From: an uncultured virus (IMG/VR IMGVR_UViG_3300016467_000248)
Lineage: Duplodnaviria > Heunggongvirae > Uroviricota > Caudoviricetes
Direction: 5' to 3' (one strand)
Length of the DNA: 64,000 bases
IMG/VR virus record: IMGVR_UViG_3300016467_000248
Position numbers and translations under genes: made by a program. The first letter of the stretch is position 1; each line of letters starts with the position of its first letter. Positions 10,352 through 19,550 of this stretch are shown in pieces. Below the pieces are notes generated by a model that did no database searches, had not been told where the DNA came from, and was given only the letters and a program-made list of their open reading frames with translations.

Positions 10352-10994
10352 TATCGTCTACCTCCGTGATGAGGGCAAGAAGAAACTGCACACCATGCTT
10401 TGCACAGTCCATTGGGGTTCGGGTTAAAGACCCCAGTATCGTACGATTGGCTACGTTGCTCAAGATGTGGGTACAACCTGCCGAATACAGCAAGTGCCTG
10501 ATCTCTTTCGTACTGGGACCGAATGAACCAATCATCCTCCGTCATGCCCTCGCGGTCAATCAGGACCACAAAGATGAGAGCGGCATAGATTTTCTTGATC
10601 TGGGGGTACTTGATGAAGATGGCCGCGGCCATGAGGTCAAGCTGAGTGGTGTCNNNNNNNNNNNNNNNNNNNNNNNNNNNNNNNNNNNNNNNNNNNNNNN
10701 NNNNNNNNNNNNNNNNNNNNNNNNNNNNNNNNNNNNNNNNNNNNNNNNNNNNNNNNNNNNNNNNNNNNNNNNNNNNNNNNNNNNNNNNNNNNNNNNNNNN
10801 NNNNNNNNNNNNNNNNNNNNNNNNNNNNNNNNNGCCAGATGCAGTTCCGTGCCGTACCGTTGCGCCTCACTTTCTGAATAAGCTATTTCTTTTGAAACCC
10901 GTTCCGCGTAGTATTTCTTGGGGCACGTTTTGTACAGGCTAATTGAGGAATAGCTCCATGCTGGAGGTTTCATTGGGAATGCTACTTCGATCAT
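10351..10994 (-). CDS. PD-(D/E)XK (Cas4/RecB-like) exonuclease, interrupted by an assembly gap
   Basis: N-terminal WSYSSISLYKTCPKKYY...GTELH and C-terminal CKAWCAVSSCPH flank the N-run; the catalytic core would fall inside the gap. Confidence 0.75.
10654..10833. other. Assembly gap (180 N)
   Basis: Run of N. Confidence 1.
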
Positions 10995-11455
10995 CTCTGC
11001 ACCGGATTAAAAGTATGCAATCTAGCCTTTGCTTCTTCTCGAACGCTTACTGCTCTTTCTAAAGATGCGAAGTACCCTAAGTGTATCCTTTCCCCGTCTA
11101 CGTTTACCCGAGCTGCCCAAGCTTGCATGGCTTTATTAAAAGTAACCCCAACGTGCCCTGAAGTATTGTTAGACCTCTTTTTGCGGTTCTGGCACTGCTG
11201 TGCTTGAGTAGCTAAGCGCAGATTAGAAATACGATTGTCATGCCTGACGCCATTAATGTGGTCTATTTGGTACCCTTCAGGGATACTTCCGTATTTGTAT
11301 ATCCACGCTAAGCGGTGGGCCATCCAAGTTTTTCCGCCAATCTTGATACGCACATACCCATCGGAAGCATCTGCTTCTTTACCGAGGACAGTGGTCCTAG
11401 TGAAAACGCCCGTATCGGGGTCATAGGCCAACCCTTCATCATCAAAGTCTATCAT
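10991..11455 (-). CDS. HNH homing endonuclease with C-terminal AP2 domain
   Basis: AHRLAW...IDHINGVRHDNRISNLR and NTSGHVGV...WAARV...HLGYF; free-standing, immediately after polA. Confidence 0.9.
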   Translation of the reverse strand: MIDFDDEGLAYDPDTGVFTRTTVLGKEADASDGYVRIKIGGKTWMAHRLAWIYKYGSIPEGYQIDHINGVRHDNRISNLRLATQAQQCQNRKKRSNNTSGHVGVTFNKAMQAWAARVNVDGERIHLGYFASLERAVSVREEAKARLHTFNPVQR

Positions 11456-13281
11456 CACACGTCCTTGAGAGAGATTCCGTAGCCACCTTCTGCCGCAAGC
11501 GGAAGGCCCCATGCCCAGTCTGGTGCTTTGGTCATCTCACCCACCACAAAATCGAGCGCCTCTTGAGCTTCTTCTTCGGGAGCAATGCAATAAACCGCAT
11601 CATGGATGGTATTCACTACTGTGTATTTCTTATGTACCCTCGGGATCGCCTCGGCCATCACGCATCGAGCTACAGCTTGGGTAATGTTCTGAGTGACCTT
11701 CGGTCCGTAGATACGCGTATTCTCCGCGCCTCTGCCCCCATTATACGACCAATCAGACTTACCGTCCTCTCGTCGTGACTCTTTGAGACCCGGGTATTTG
11801 AGGTATAGACCAGAAGGTAATTGAATGCCCTGCCGTCCATGCACTTCAAGCTTGAGCGCCCCAAACCCGTAGCTCTCACGCCGATCGGTGTGGATACTTC
11901 TGAGCGTTCTCTGTCCTAGGCCCCAGAGTTCTACGAGCTTGGGGTAGGTGTCCCGGTAGAGCTTCACAATACGGATGGCTTCTTCGTCACCGATGTCTTT
12001 ACCTGACCCGATCTTGATTGCGCGTCTGAGCACTGTGGCCCCCGCACCGAACCCTAGTCCGAGCACGGCTGTCTTTGAGATGAACCGTTGGTCCTTGTCG
12101 ATCTCCTCTGGGGCTACGCCGAACACCATGCTTCCGAATTCACGGTAAAGATCACGACCTGACGCGAGGATCTCAAGCGGAGCTTGCTCTCCTGCAAGAA
12201 ACATATTGACTCGAAGCTCGATGTTCGAGAGGTCAACGCCGATCAGGACGTAACCCGGAGGGGCTTGGATGCCCTTCTTGAGAGCAGAGTCTCGAGGGAG
12301 ATTCTGCATATTGATTTTTTCCGTAGCCGACCACCGTCCGGTGTGCGCGCCATAGTATTTGAGGGGGATAGGTAGGTTGTAGCGTTGCTTGGCGATGTTA
12401 ATGAATCGCTCTGTGCGGGTCTCTTCGAGTGTGGATTTCACACCCAGTCGGGCGGCAACCACGGCCTGTACCGTCTCATCCGGGTAGTCGAGCAGGGCCT
12501 TGAACTCTTCGTCAGACTTCGCAAATGCGTAGGCCGGCTTACCTGTAGTCTTGGATACCTTGATGGGAGGATCGACTCCCAGATCCATCAGCGTGTCTGC
12601 CAGTTTAATGTTGCTCATCAGCGAGTCCCGGTCCACGCCACACGCGGCCAGAAGCTCTTCCTTTCGGGCCCGTACGTTTTCCAGATGCTCAGTAAGAGTG
12701 CCCTCGTCCAACACCAACCACGGATCTGTGTACATCTTCATCGTGATATCAATCAGATCCAGCTCGGTCTTGTTGAAGTGCGGAAGCAAGCAGTACAGGA
12801 GTTTATAAGTCAGCTCCACATCGTTGATGCAGTACCGGGCGTAAAGGTCGAGCTGATGCTGACTGAAAGCCAAACGAGTGAGACCCATAGCGTCCACAAC
12901 TTCCGTACCCTTGGCACCCAGCCCATAGTGGGCTACGAGCTTGGCGAGAGACCCACCCACTTCCGTGCCGTGTACGGCACGAGCCATAGACAGGGTGTCT
13001 ATTAGCTTTCCGGGAAAGATAGCATACCTACGAGAGAGAATGGCTCCGTCAAACATGGCGTTGTGACAGCACACCATAGAGTTAGCTAGGTCAAAGGACG
13101 CTAAGAAAGCGGATATTTCTGCATCGTTCCCAGTACACCATATCGTTTCTCCGGCACCTACTTTGACGGCTACGCCGATGACTTCGAACCTAGGATCATC
13201 TATGTACTCTTGTGTTGTCATTCGTGACAACGAATACTCTCTGGAGTAATAAGTCTCCATATCGAGTGTAACTAACTTCAT
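11455..13281 (-). CDS. polA: DNA polymerase family A with 3'-5' exonuclease
   Basis: Exo motifs LDMET, HNAMFD, YCINDV; TGRWS, NMQN; motif A DLSNIELR, motif B KTAVLGLGFG, motif C HDA. Confidence 0.93.
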   Translation of the reverse strand: MKLVTLDMETYYSREYSLSRMTTQEYIDDPRFEVIGVAVKVGAGETIWCTGNDAEISAFLASFDLANSMVCCHNAMFDGAILSRRYAIFPGKLIDTLSMARAVHGTEVGGSLAKLVAHYGLGAKGTEVVDAMGLTRLAFSQHQLDLYARYCINDVELTYKLLYCLLPHFNKTELDLIDITMKMYTDPWLVLDEGTLTEHLENVRARKEELLAACGVDRDSLMSNIKLADTLMDLGVDPPIKVSKTTGKPAYAFAKSDEEFKALLDYPDETVQAVVAARLGVKSTLEETRTERFINIAKQRYNLPIPLKYYGAHTGRWSATEKINMQNLPRDSALKKGIQAPPGYVLIGVDLSNIELRVNMFLAGEQAPLEILASGRDLYREFGSMVFGVAPEEIDKDQRFISKTAVLGLGFGAGATVLRRAIKIGSGKDIGDEEAIRIVKLYRDTYPKLVELWGLGQRTLRSIHTDRRESYGFGALKLEVHGRQGIQLPSGLYLKYPGLKESRREDGKSDWSYNGGRGAENTRIYGPKVTQNITQAVARCVMAEAIPRVHKKYTVVNTIHDAVYCIAPEEEAQEALDFVVGEMTKAPDWAWGLPLAAEGGYGISLKDV

Positions 13282-13285
13282 TAAT

Positions 13286-13606
13286 TTATAGCTCCGAGTT
13301 AGACAGTCTAACTAGACGGTCTGCATGAAGGACGATGGTTCTTTCAACCTTGTCAAGATTGTCTTCGTTCACAACGAAAGAAACCCCACCCGCAGAACGG
13401 ATGAGGTTCAGTTCACGCTCCTGTAGCGCAGTTGTTTTTCCCTTGCCGGCCTTGCACTCGATGGCAAAGAAGACGCCCTGATAGCATCCCACAATGTCGG
13501 GCACTCCCGACTTGCCATAGCCGTGCGTAGCCGGCATGAATTGGTAGGCTCCCATGTCAGTCAAAATCTTCCTGACCTTGGCTTTGACTTTCGCCTCTGG
13601 CGTCAT
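13286..13606 (-). CDS. VRR-NUC domain nuclease (Holliday junction resolvase-like)
   Basis: TPEAKVK...GVPDIV...AIECKAGKGKTTALQ. Confidence 0.85.
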   Translation of the reverse strand: MTPEAKVKAKVRKILTDMGAYQFMPATHGYGKSGVPDIVGCYQGVFFAIECKAGKGKTTALQERELNLIRSAGGVSFVVNEDNLDKVERTIVLHADRLVRLSNSEL

Positions 13607-13742
13607 TTTCTTTCTCCTTTGCTACCAGATAGACCCTCTGCATATCAGGGCATACGTAAAACCTCATTTCTCGGTAGTTGTCCACCGGATGAGGGCGTCC
13701 GCAGATTTTGCATTTGGTTGTCTCATATAAGCTGTCCGGCAT
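13557..13742 (-). CDS. Small Cys-containing hypothetical protein
   Basis: CKIC...VCP; coupled to neighbouring genes. Confidence 0.45.
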   Translation of the reverse strand: MPDSLYETTKCKICGRPHPVDNYREMRFYVCPDMQRVYLVAKEKENDARGESQSQGQEDFD

Positions 13743-13941
13743 CTCTCAGTCTCCTCTGTTGTTCTTGTGTCAGCTTGGGTAACGGAGCCCAAGCCACCAC
13801 GCCGTATTCTGGATGAAAGGCCCCTCTAAAACCATTCCCGTACCGGGTAATCAACCAGCAATCCGTGCCCAAAGGAGGCGCTTCGTCCATGACCAGACGG
13901 CACTCTGGTGCTATCTCAGTCAGGGGTTTCTTCTCGTACAC
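13723..13941 (-). CDS. Hypothetical protein (DUF551-like C-terminus)
   Basis: GTG 13941 with GGAG RBS; ends VVAWAPLP. Confidence 0.5.
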   Translation of the reverse strand: MYEKKPLTEIAPECRLVMDEAPPLGTDCWLITRYGNGFRGAFHPEYGVVAWAPLPKLTQEQQRRLRDAGQLI

Positions 13942-14524
13942 TGCTATTCTCCAGCTTTGCGAGTGCGGCTTTTGCTTTTTCACACGCTTGCCTTGCACGA
14001 TCAGCTTTGGCAGAGTCAAAATTTTTACCGTATGAACCCTCCAATTTATAGCGTTCGTGTTCAATGATCGGCCATGCAAATTTCAACGCCTCCACCAACT
14101 CATCAACTAAATCTGCGCGGATGTAGGGGATTTCTGTTTCTCCGACTAAGCCTTCGGGTTCTGTGTGGTAGCTAAGACCAATCAAAATCCCATCTTCCTT
14201 GCGTGGTAATTCTCTTACCCAAATCTTCTTCGGAGAATTAGGCGGTCCTCTTCTCTTATTTTCGTTCATCATTTTTACTATTACTGTTTTGAGTTCACAC
14301 TCGTAGTCCATATCTTCATGCGGGTGGCTTCTGGTACATCCCCGTTGCAGGACAGATAGTTTTTCTGGCGCTTCATTCATCCGCCTCCAGAATCGGAATT
14401 GCTCAGTCAACACCTGCCGTATTTCTTCGTCATCCTCCGGCGATAGATCCTTGGTCATGGAGTCCACCAAATCATGCACGGCCTCCCAGATGGCTTCTTT
14501 GACTTCAAAGGCTTCTTCGCTCAT
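13916..14524 (-). CDS. Hypothetical protein
   Basis: 202-aa ORF in the operon; PYIRADLV motif common in small phage proteins. Confidence 0.6.
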   Translation of the reverse strand: MSEEAFEVKEAIWEAVHDLVDSMTKDLSPEDDEEIRQVLTEQFRFWRRMNEAPEKLSVLQRGCTRSHPHEDMDYECELKTVIVKMMNENKRRGPPNSPKKIWVRELPRKEDGILIGLSYHTEPEGLVGETEIPYIRADLVDELVEALKFAWPIIEHERYKLEGSYGKNFDSAKADRARQACEKAKAALAKLENSSVREETPD

Positions 14525-14727
14525 TTCTCCCTCTCCGCAATCATGGCATCGGCAAACGCATAAGCGTCAACCGGAAGGTGTTCTATGTTTCCATACCCAC
14601 GCATTAGCATCCCCTGCATTGCCTTGGCCGCGAAGTAGTCGCGGAGGGTCATACCTGCATTTGGATCACCCCATCCATCGAGCGGCTTAGTTGTAGGAAA
14701 CGCCGGGCCTCCAGTGTTCTTACTCAC
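14521..14727 (-). CDS. Conserved small phage protein (GGPAFP...GMTLRDYFAAKAMQG family)
   Basis: Widespread phage family signature; GTG start after GGAGG. Confidence 0.75.
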   Translation of the reverse strand: MSKNTGGPAFPTTKPLDGWGDPNAGMTLRDYFAAKAMQGMLMRGYGNIEHLPVDAYAFADAMIAEREK

Positions 14728-15035
14728 TCCTCTACCTCCCAATTCTTAATGCCGTGCTCAGCCTCGACTAGCCGGGCATACTTCAGCGGGTTACGTTCTG
14801 CCTGTTCAAACAGCTCCTTGAGACGAGCTACAGGGACGGGGCGGTCGCCCCAGACGAGAGGGTGGTGGTTTTCGGTGGGCTTTCGATCGCGTGTGACTTC
14901 TTGAAGGATGCCGTGTGGAGCTAACCAGTAGGGCACAACCTTATCTTTAACGCGGTCCCAAGTAGACTGAATATGTGTGTATGCCATGAGCATGACTCTA
15001 TAAAAGGTGGCCCCCGTGTCCTCCCAGACAGCCAT
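14724..15035 (-). CDS. Hypothetical protein
   Basis: 103-aa ORF coupled to the downstream gene. Confidence 0.55.
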   Translation of the reverse strand: MAVWEDTGATFYRVMLMAYTHIQSTWDRVKDKVVPYWLAPHGILQEVTRDRKPTENHHPLVWGDRPVPVARLKELFEQAERNPLKYARLVEAEHGIKNWEVEE

Positions 15036-15151
15036 TGATTAAATGGTGGGGGCCATAAACTATTCGTCGTCTTCTATGTCAGGAAGATCAACGGCCAACA
15101 AAGCAAATATCAAAATAACCAGAGCGTCTGCGACGAGTTCCCATCCGCTCA

Positions 15152-15607
15152 TTAGGTCAACAGCTCCGTCAGCTTCCGCACCACAGCTTTCTTACCGTCT
15201 TCGTATGCCTCGCGCTGTGATCCCTTGCGACCTGCTTCAAACCCGAGCATGAATCCTTTGTTGTATCCAGCTTGTTCAGCTTGTCTAATAAGATCTGCGA
15301 ATGCCGCATCCACGCATTGAGTTACTACTTCCTCTGTATCCTTGGCGTGAGCCTCAGTCACATCACGAGTTACTCTCTTGGGTACTGCGGTGACAGCAGG
15401 TCCTGAGTTAGACGCTCTAACTGAGCTATAGAATGGAACGTGATCTTGAGTATGGTCTATCTCGATCAGCTTTTCGCTTACCAGAGTCTTAAGGTAACGA
15501 CCGGCTCTCTGCACCGTAATGTCTAGGGCCTTACCGACCTCGCTTGCTGATGCGCTAACGCGACCATCTACATACTCTAGGACTTTTAATTTTAATTCTG
15601 TGCTCAT
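15152..15607 (-). CDS. Winged-HTH DNA-binding protein
   Basis: KVLEYV...SASASEVGKALDITVQRAGRYLKTLVSEKLIE; ATG 15607 with GAGGA RBS. Confidence 0.7.
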   Translation of the reverse strand: MSTELKLKVLEYVDGRVSASASEVGKALDITVQRAGRYLKTLVSEKLIEIDHTQDHVPFYSSVRASNSGPAVTAVPKRVTRDVTEAHAKDTEEVVTQCVDAAFADLIRQAEQAGYNKGFMLGFEAGRKGSQREAYEDGKKAVVRKLTELLT

Positions 15608-15621
15608 ACTATCCTCGTTAG

Positions 15622-15790
15622 TTAAAAGGTGGCGAGTCCGCGTTTTCTGCCGGATAACACCGGATATGTTCCCAATCCCCGGTGGAAATGAACAGCTCTC
15701 TGCCTCGCCTCGGGAGTTACACGCCACTACCCGCAGGGCGACTCGGGGTGCAAGACCGTCAGGCTTTCCCCGAGCTCGACTACAGTGACT
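15622..15790 (-). ncRNA. Candidate structured intergenic RNA or leader
   Basis: Three consecutive folded domains: CTCGGGG/CCCCGAG; CGGG-AGT/ACT-CCCG; GGCGAG/CTCGCC multibranch enclosing CACCGG/CCGGTG and TCCG/CGGA. Confidence 0.3.
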
Positions 15791-15985
15791 TTAGGTCACC
15801 TCGATTCTCATGTCGCAATGACCCTCTACGCTTCTTAAAGTCCTGACGTACGTCAGGTATCGGTTAGACGTTCTAACTGGGTCGTGTTCAATCTGCTTGT
15901 GCCGGAGGCAGGTGTCTTTGCCAAGACAATGCTCTCCCATGCAACGTGCTCTGTCGTCTGTCAGGGAAACAACTTTAATGCCCAT
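15791..15985 (-). CDS. Small Cys-rich hypothetical protein
   Basis: DRARCMGEHCLGKDTCLRH...HC; ATG after GAGG. Confidence 0.55.
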   Translation of the reverse strand: MGIKVVSLTDDRARCMGEHCLGKDTCLRHKQIEHDPVRTSNRYLTYVRTLRSVEGHCDMRIEVT

Positions 15986-16087
15986 ACAAACCTCAATAAA
16001 GGACGGTCTGTTCCCGTCAGTCACTCAGCGCGCGGTGGGTACTGGCTGAGGCAGTATGGTGGGAGGGCACCCCCACCGGCAAGGCAC

Positions 16088-16336
16088 TTATTCTACACGC
16101 CAAACGCCGACAGAACCATCCTCGATCGTGCGAACGACGAACTTGGCTTCAGACCCGGAGGTCTTCTTGAACTGGCCGACAGCAGCGCGCAGAGAGCTTG
16201 CACCCTTGGACGGCAACTGATCTTTCGGCACGATGAAGCACTCGCCCGGCTCAAGATGCACAAGCGGGTACTTGGATCCACGAAGGGTGCGCGTAACAGT
16301 AGGGACCGGAATATCGTTGCGAATAACAAAGCTCAT
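16088..16336 (-). CDS. Small putative DNA-binding protein
   Basis: SKYPLVHLEPGECFIVP...GVWRVE, a recurrent phage family pattern. Confidence 0.6.
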   Translation of the reverse strand: MSFVIRNDIPVPTVTRTLRGSKYPLVHLEPGECFIVPKDQLPSKGASSLRAAVGQFKKTSGSEAKFVVRTIEDGSVGVWRVE

Positions 16337-16626
16337 TGTTGCTCCAGATCCAATCTTGGATCGTCAAAGTTTAGTGGAACAGACAGGGGCTTGATCGTAT
16401 CTATGAACTCGCCTTTCCCGTCTTCGGGAAGAATCATAACACCGTCTTGTTGGCGTGTCACTAGTGTGTTCTTCCCTGTGTTTAAGTCCATGATGATAAA
16501 ACCATTTTGGTAGGGCTGAACGTCTATCATTCCACGCGGACCCATGATAAAGGTCAATAGAACTAGGGCACTCCATTTATTCATCTTCTCCCTCCCAGAA
16601 TCCACTCGGTCTTTTCTTTGGCTCAT
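16333..16626 (-). CDS. Hypothetical protein
   Basis: 97-aa coupled ORF. Confidence 0.5.
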   Translation of the reverse strand: MSQRKDRVDSGREKMNKWSALVLLTFIMGPRGMIDVQPYQNGFIIMDLNTGKNTLVTRQQDGVMILPEDGKGEFIDTIKPLSVPLNFDDPRLDLEQQ

Positions 16627-16894
16627 CGCCCCACCAACCCTGTGTCAGATCAATATACAGCTCACCGAGCTTCTTTCTAGCGGCAATGCCGTGCCACTCT
16701 GCGCTAAAGTCCAGAGATTCGATCAATCTAAAATACAAGTCCTCTCGTACTGATGGATCTTTCTCGACTATGGCTATGTATCTAGCCAACTCCGTCACAA
16801 TGTCACGCGCCTGTGAGAGTCTAAGAATCGTGCTCCCTTCTTCCTCTGGGGACAATCGACTTTTACTTGCGCTCTGCTGTCCTTTACTCGCCAT
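16577..16894 (-). CDS. Hypothetical protein
   Basis: Start refined to ATG 16894. Confidence 0.5.
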   Translation of the reverse strand: MASKGQQSASKSRLSPEEEGSTILRLSQARDIVTELARYIAIVEKDPSVREDLYFRLIESLDFSAEWHGIAARKKLGELYIDLTQGWWGDEPKKRPSGFWEGEDE

Positions 16895-17261
16895 CGTTTT
16901 CATCCTCCCGTCTAATATAAAACACATCACCCACACGCCCTCCCAGACTAACGTCCACCGCTCCCTGCAATGGGTTAGCCAGCTTGAGGAGGGCAATCTT
17001 TTTGAGCATCCATTCCGGGGCATCCTCTATGGGGACACGGCGCTCCTTCGCCATGTCGAAATCCTCCATATTGATGATGCTTATCTCGTCGTCACCGAGA
17101 GCAACGCGATACCAAAGATGATTCTCTCCTGTCTTCATACCCATGGATCTCGCTTCAAACATCCTCCCCGCCCAGCGCATAGCGGTTCCGAAGAACTTAC
17201 TAGCGTGCTCATAGCGTTTTGCCAGCTTTAGGCTTTTATCATACCTAGTGCGTCTCGGCAT
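16884..17261 (-). CDS. Hypothetical early protein (LP..L..K.ALL.L paralog family)
   Basis: APEWMLKKIALLKLA...GGRVG. Confidence 0.6.
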   Translation of the reverse strand: MPRRTRYDKSLKLAKRYEHASKFFGTAMRWAGRMFEARSMGMKTGENHLWYRVALGDDEISIINMEDFDMAKERRVPIEDAPEWMLKKIALLKLANPLQGAVDVSLGGRVGDVFYIRREDENDGE

Positions 17262-17269
17262 CTTCCTTT

Positions 17270-17479
17270 TTACTTACCTCTGTAGTTATATTCAGTACAA
17301 CGCGTGTTGATCCCATCGGGTACAGCCATTGTGCATTCCCAATGCTTGGCGTCGAGTCTCACAGTCTTTGGCGCATTGAGTTCGAGCAAAAGCCAGATTG
17401 CCCCGCAAAAGACAACGACAATGATAGGCCATGTGTCACGAACAATCTCACCAAACAAAGCAATAGTTTTCATATTCAT
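17270..17479 (-). CDS. Small membrane protein
   Basis: Hydrophobic WPIIVVVFCGAIWLLL segment. Confidence 0.55.
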   Translation of the reverse strand: MNMKTIALFGEIVRDTWPIIVVVFCGAIWLLLELNAPKTVRLDAKHWECTMAVPDGINTRCTEYNYRGK

Positions 17480-17499
17480 TCTCCGAATTAAAAGGGGCC

Positions 17500-17925
17500 T
17501 CATTTGACCCGGTTAGACCGTCTAACTTTACAATCTTTGACCAACTGCTTGAACCCAACGCTGTTTATATCTACGTAGAACACCTCTCTTGGAAACAATA
17601 TTGGATCAAACGCGTATGGCGTTCCCTCCACCTTTACCCTAGCACGAAATGCGTCTCCTTCATACACGTTCTTGAACCCTACGTTTTCTATAGATGAGCT
17701 AGGCTTAGCTAATTTTAACAAGGCTAGGTTCTCTGTCAAGTATTCTGGTAGGTAGTCCTCCATTGTGTTGTAGTCTTTGTCTTTAACATCTACTCCATAG
17801 TATTCTCCAAACCCTTTACTGTCAAAGCTAAAGCTACCGTAGGTAAGGGCAAGGTTGACCCTGCCCTCGCCCTCAAAGATAACCCGGACCATTTCTATGG
17901 CGCAGAACAGATCAGACTTCGACAT
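17500..17925 (-). CDS. Hypothetical early protein (same paralog family)
   Basis: LPEYLTENLALLKLA...IENVG; start uncertain. Confidence 0.55.
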   Translation of the reverse strand: MSKSDLFCAIEMVRVIFEGEGRVNLALTYGSFSFDSKGFGEYYGVDVKDKDYNTMEDYLPEYLTENLALLKLAKPSSSIENVGFKNVYEGDAFRARVKVEGTPYAFDPILFPREVFYVDINSVGFKQLVKDCKVRRSNRVK

Positions 17926-19138
17926 GGATCGTGACACCGATCGGTGCGTATATATCATGCTCAGTAATAGCCCAGAGAGTAGGACAAGTGAGCTCAGTAG
18001 GAAAAGGCGTGTATCCATCGGTCAGCACCACAATGGCCTCGGGGTTGATGTTCTTGTCCTTGAAGTAGTCAAGCGCCACGCGCATATCCGTACCGCCACC
18101 GCCACGCACCTTGAGCTTGGCGTCAAGCTCGTGAACATTGGACTCGTCGAACACCTCATGCGAAGTCACCTCAGAGTCGCACTCAACAACGTGAAGTGCC
18201 GTTGGATTGACCGCGTAGAACATAGCTCTCATGTGCGCGAGAAACTCGGAAACCAGTTCTGGCATGGCGTAGATAGAACCTGACGTATCCATGATCAAAC
18301 CTAGCACACCCATAGACTCGCTGATGGAGGACGGCATGAAAGTGCCGGACGCTTGCCATCGACGGTCAGGCCTAGCCCACGTCATGTAGTCCGTACCCTT
18401 GGACACATCGGTCATGAACTGCTCGAGAGGCTCGCGCCAGTCGACCTTGACCTCCTTGAACTCAGCCATCTTATCGGCATTGCCACCCAGCTTACCGGCC
18501 ATAAGAGCACCCTGACGGATGGCGTTGTCTACCTCCTCGGTCAGCTTCTTGGCTTGCTCGTCGGTCAGCGTGCCGAAGTTATGCGTGTCGATCTGACCCT
18601 TGGGGCCATCACCCTGCGATGGATTACCCTGATTGCCACACACGACAATGACCTCTACCTTGGGGAACCCACCCTTGGGAATGCCATGCTTCTCATTGCC
18701 GTTCTTCATAAGGTCAGCATAGACCTCGGGCGTGGACCAACCACGATACTTCTCATCTACAAGGGCATCCTCGGCAGGGAGCGCGATAAACTGGGGGTGC
18801 TTCTTGGCTAGGTCAGCAATCTCAAGGTTGACCACGTAGTCAGCCGCGCAGTTATAAAGCATGGCGTCCTCCTTACGGATACGCTCCCACGCCGAGCCGT
18901 GCTGATACAGCTTGTGCCCATCCTCGTGCATGATAAGACCCACGACCTGTTGCTGAGTCAGACCCTCAACGAACTCTGGGTTAAAGATCACATCTCGTCC
19001 ATTGGTCCCGGCTGTCGGGATAGCATCGGACATAATCACGTCGCCAATCATGGTGAGACCTGCATACTGCATGGTCTCCTTGTGCTCCATATAAGCGATA
19101 CGAGCCTTAACGATCTTATCTTCTGGTGATAACTTCAT
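17912..19138 (-). CDS. Metallopeptidase-like (DUF2201 N-terminal) plus VWA-like domain protein
   Basis: PTAGTNG, HEDGH (HExxH), NCAADYVVN; MIDAS-like DTSGS, GGGGTD, LTDGY. Confidence 0.85.
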   Translation of the reverse strand: MKLSPEDKIVKARIAYMEHKETMQYAGLTMIGDVIMSDAIPTAGTNGRDVIFNPEFVEGLTQQQVVGLIMHEDGHKLYQHGSAWERIRKEDAMLYNCAADYVVNLEIADLAKKHPQFIALPAEDALVDEKYRGWSTPEVYADLMKNGNEKHGIPKGGFPKVEVIVVCGNQGNPSQGDGPKGQIDTHNFGTLTDEQAKKLTEEVDNAIRQGALMAGKLGGNADKMAEFKEVKVDWREPLEQFMTDVSKGTDYMTWARPDRRWQASGTFMPSSISESMGVLGLIMDTSGSIYAMPELVSEFLAHMRAMFYAVNPTALHVVECDSEVTSHEVFDESNVHELDAKLKVRGGGGTDMRVALDYFKDKNINPEAIVVLTDGYTPFPTELTCPTLWAITEHDIYAPIGVTIHVEV

Positions 19139-19473
19139 GACTTGTTCCTCAATGCTTTGAATTCCTCAATACCCATCAAACTCTCAGTTGTTCCATCAAC
19201 ATACGGATCTACTACGTTCTTGGTATATAAGTTAGCTTCTGATTCAGATAGAGAAGTAAGGTCTATCGTTACATTATTTGATACGCTGACAGTTGGTGTC
19301 TCGTACTTTCTGAGCAACTCAATGGTACCTCTCCCGTTATTACAATACTTCGTATCAGCCTTAGTTACGTTCTTTCCGCTGAGTATGATCTGAAGATCAT
19401 GAGCGTCTTTGATGGGCAAGCGCACCATCGTGTATCCTATATGGATATTGGCGTACACAATATTGTCTTTCAT
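19135..19473 (-). CDS. Hypothetical protein
   Basis: 112-aa AT-richer ORF lying between the AAA and VWA genes. Confidence 0.6.
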   Translation of the reverse strand: MKDNIVYANIHIGYTMVRLPIKDAHDLQIILSGKNVTKADTKYCNNGRGTIELLRKYETPTVSVSNNVTIDLTSLSESEANLYTKNVVDPYVDGTTESLMGIEEFKALRNKS

Positions 19474-19484
19474 ACGTACCTCAT

Positions 19485-19500
19485 GGGGGCCGAAGCCCCC
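19485..19500 (-). promoter_or_regulatory. UUCG-tetraloop hairpin (no U-tract)
   Basis: Minus strand reads GGGGGC-TTCG-GCCCCC. Confidence 0.55.
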
Positions 19501-19550
19501 GGTTAAGGCGTGGGCCTACGGCCCATCGCCAACACAGTTAGACGGTCTAA

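Noticed and set aside
10351..10994. Frameshift or pseudogene in the exonuclease
   Set aside because: The two halves are separated by a 180-N gap of estimated length, so the frame offset is most likely an artefact.
15628..15709. tRNA gene
   Set aside because: There is an acceptor-like GGCGAG/CTCGCC stem but no TTCRA T-loop and no proper D or anticodon arms. No convincing tRNA was seen elsewhere.
15842..15857. Perfect 16-bp palindrome CCTGACGTACGTCAGG
   Set aside because: It is a single copy inside a coding region and could be chance.
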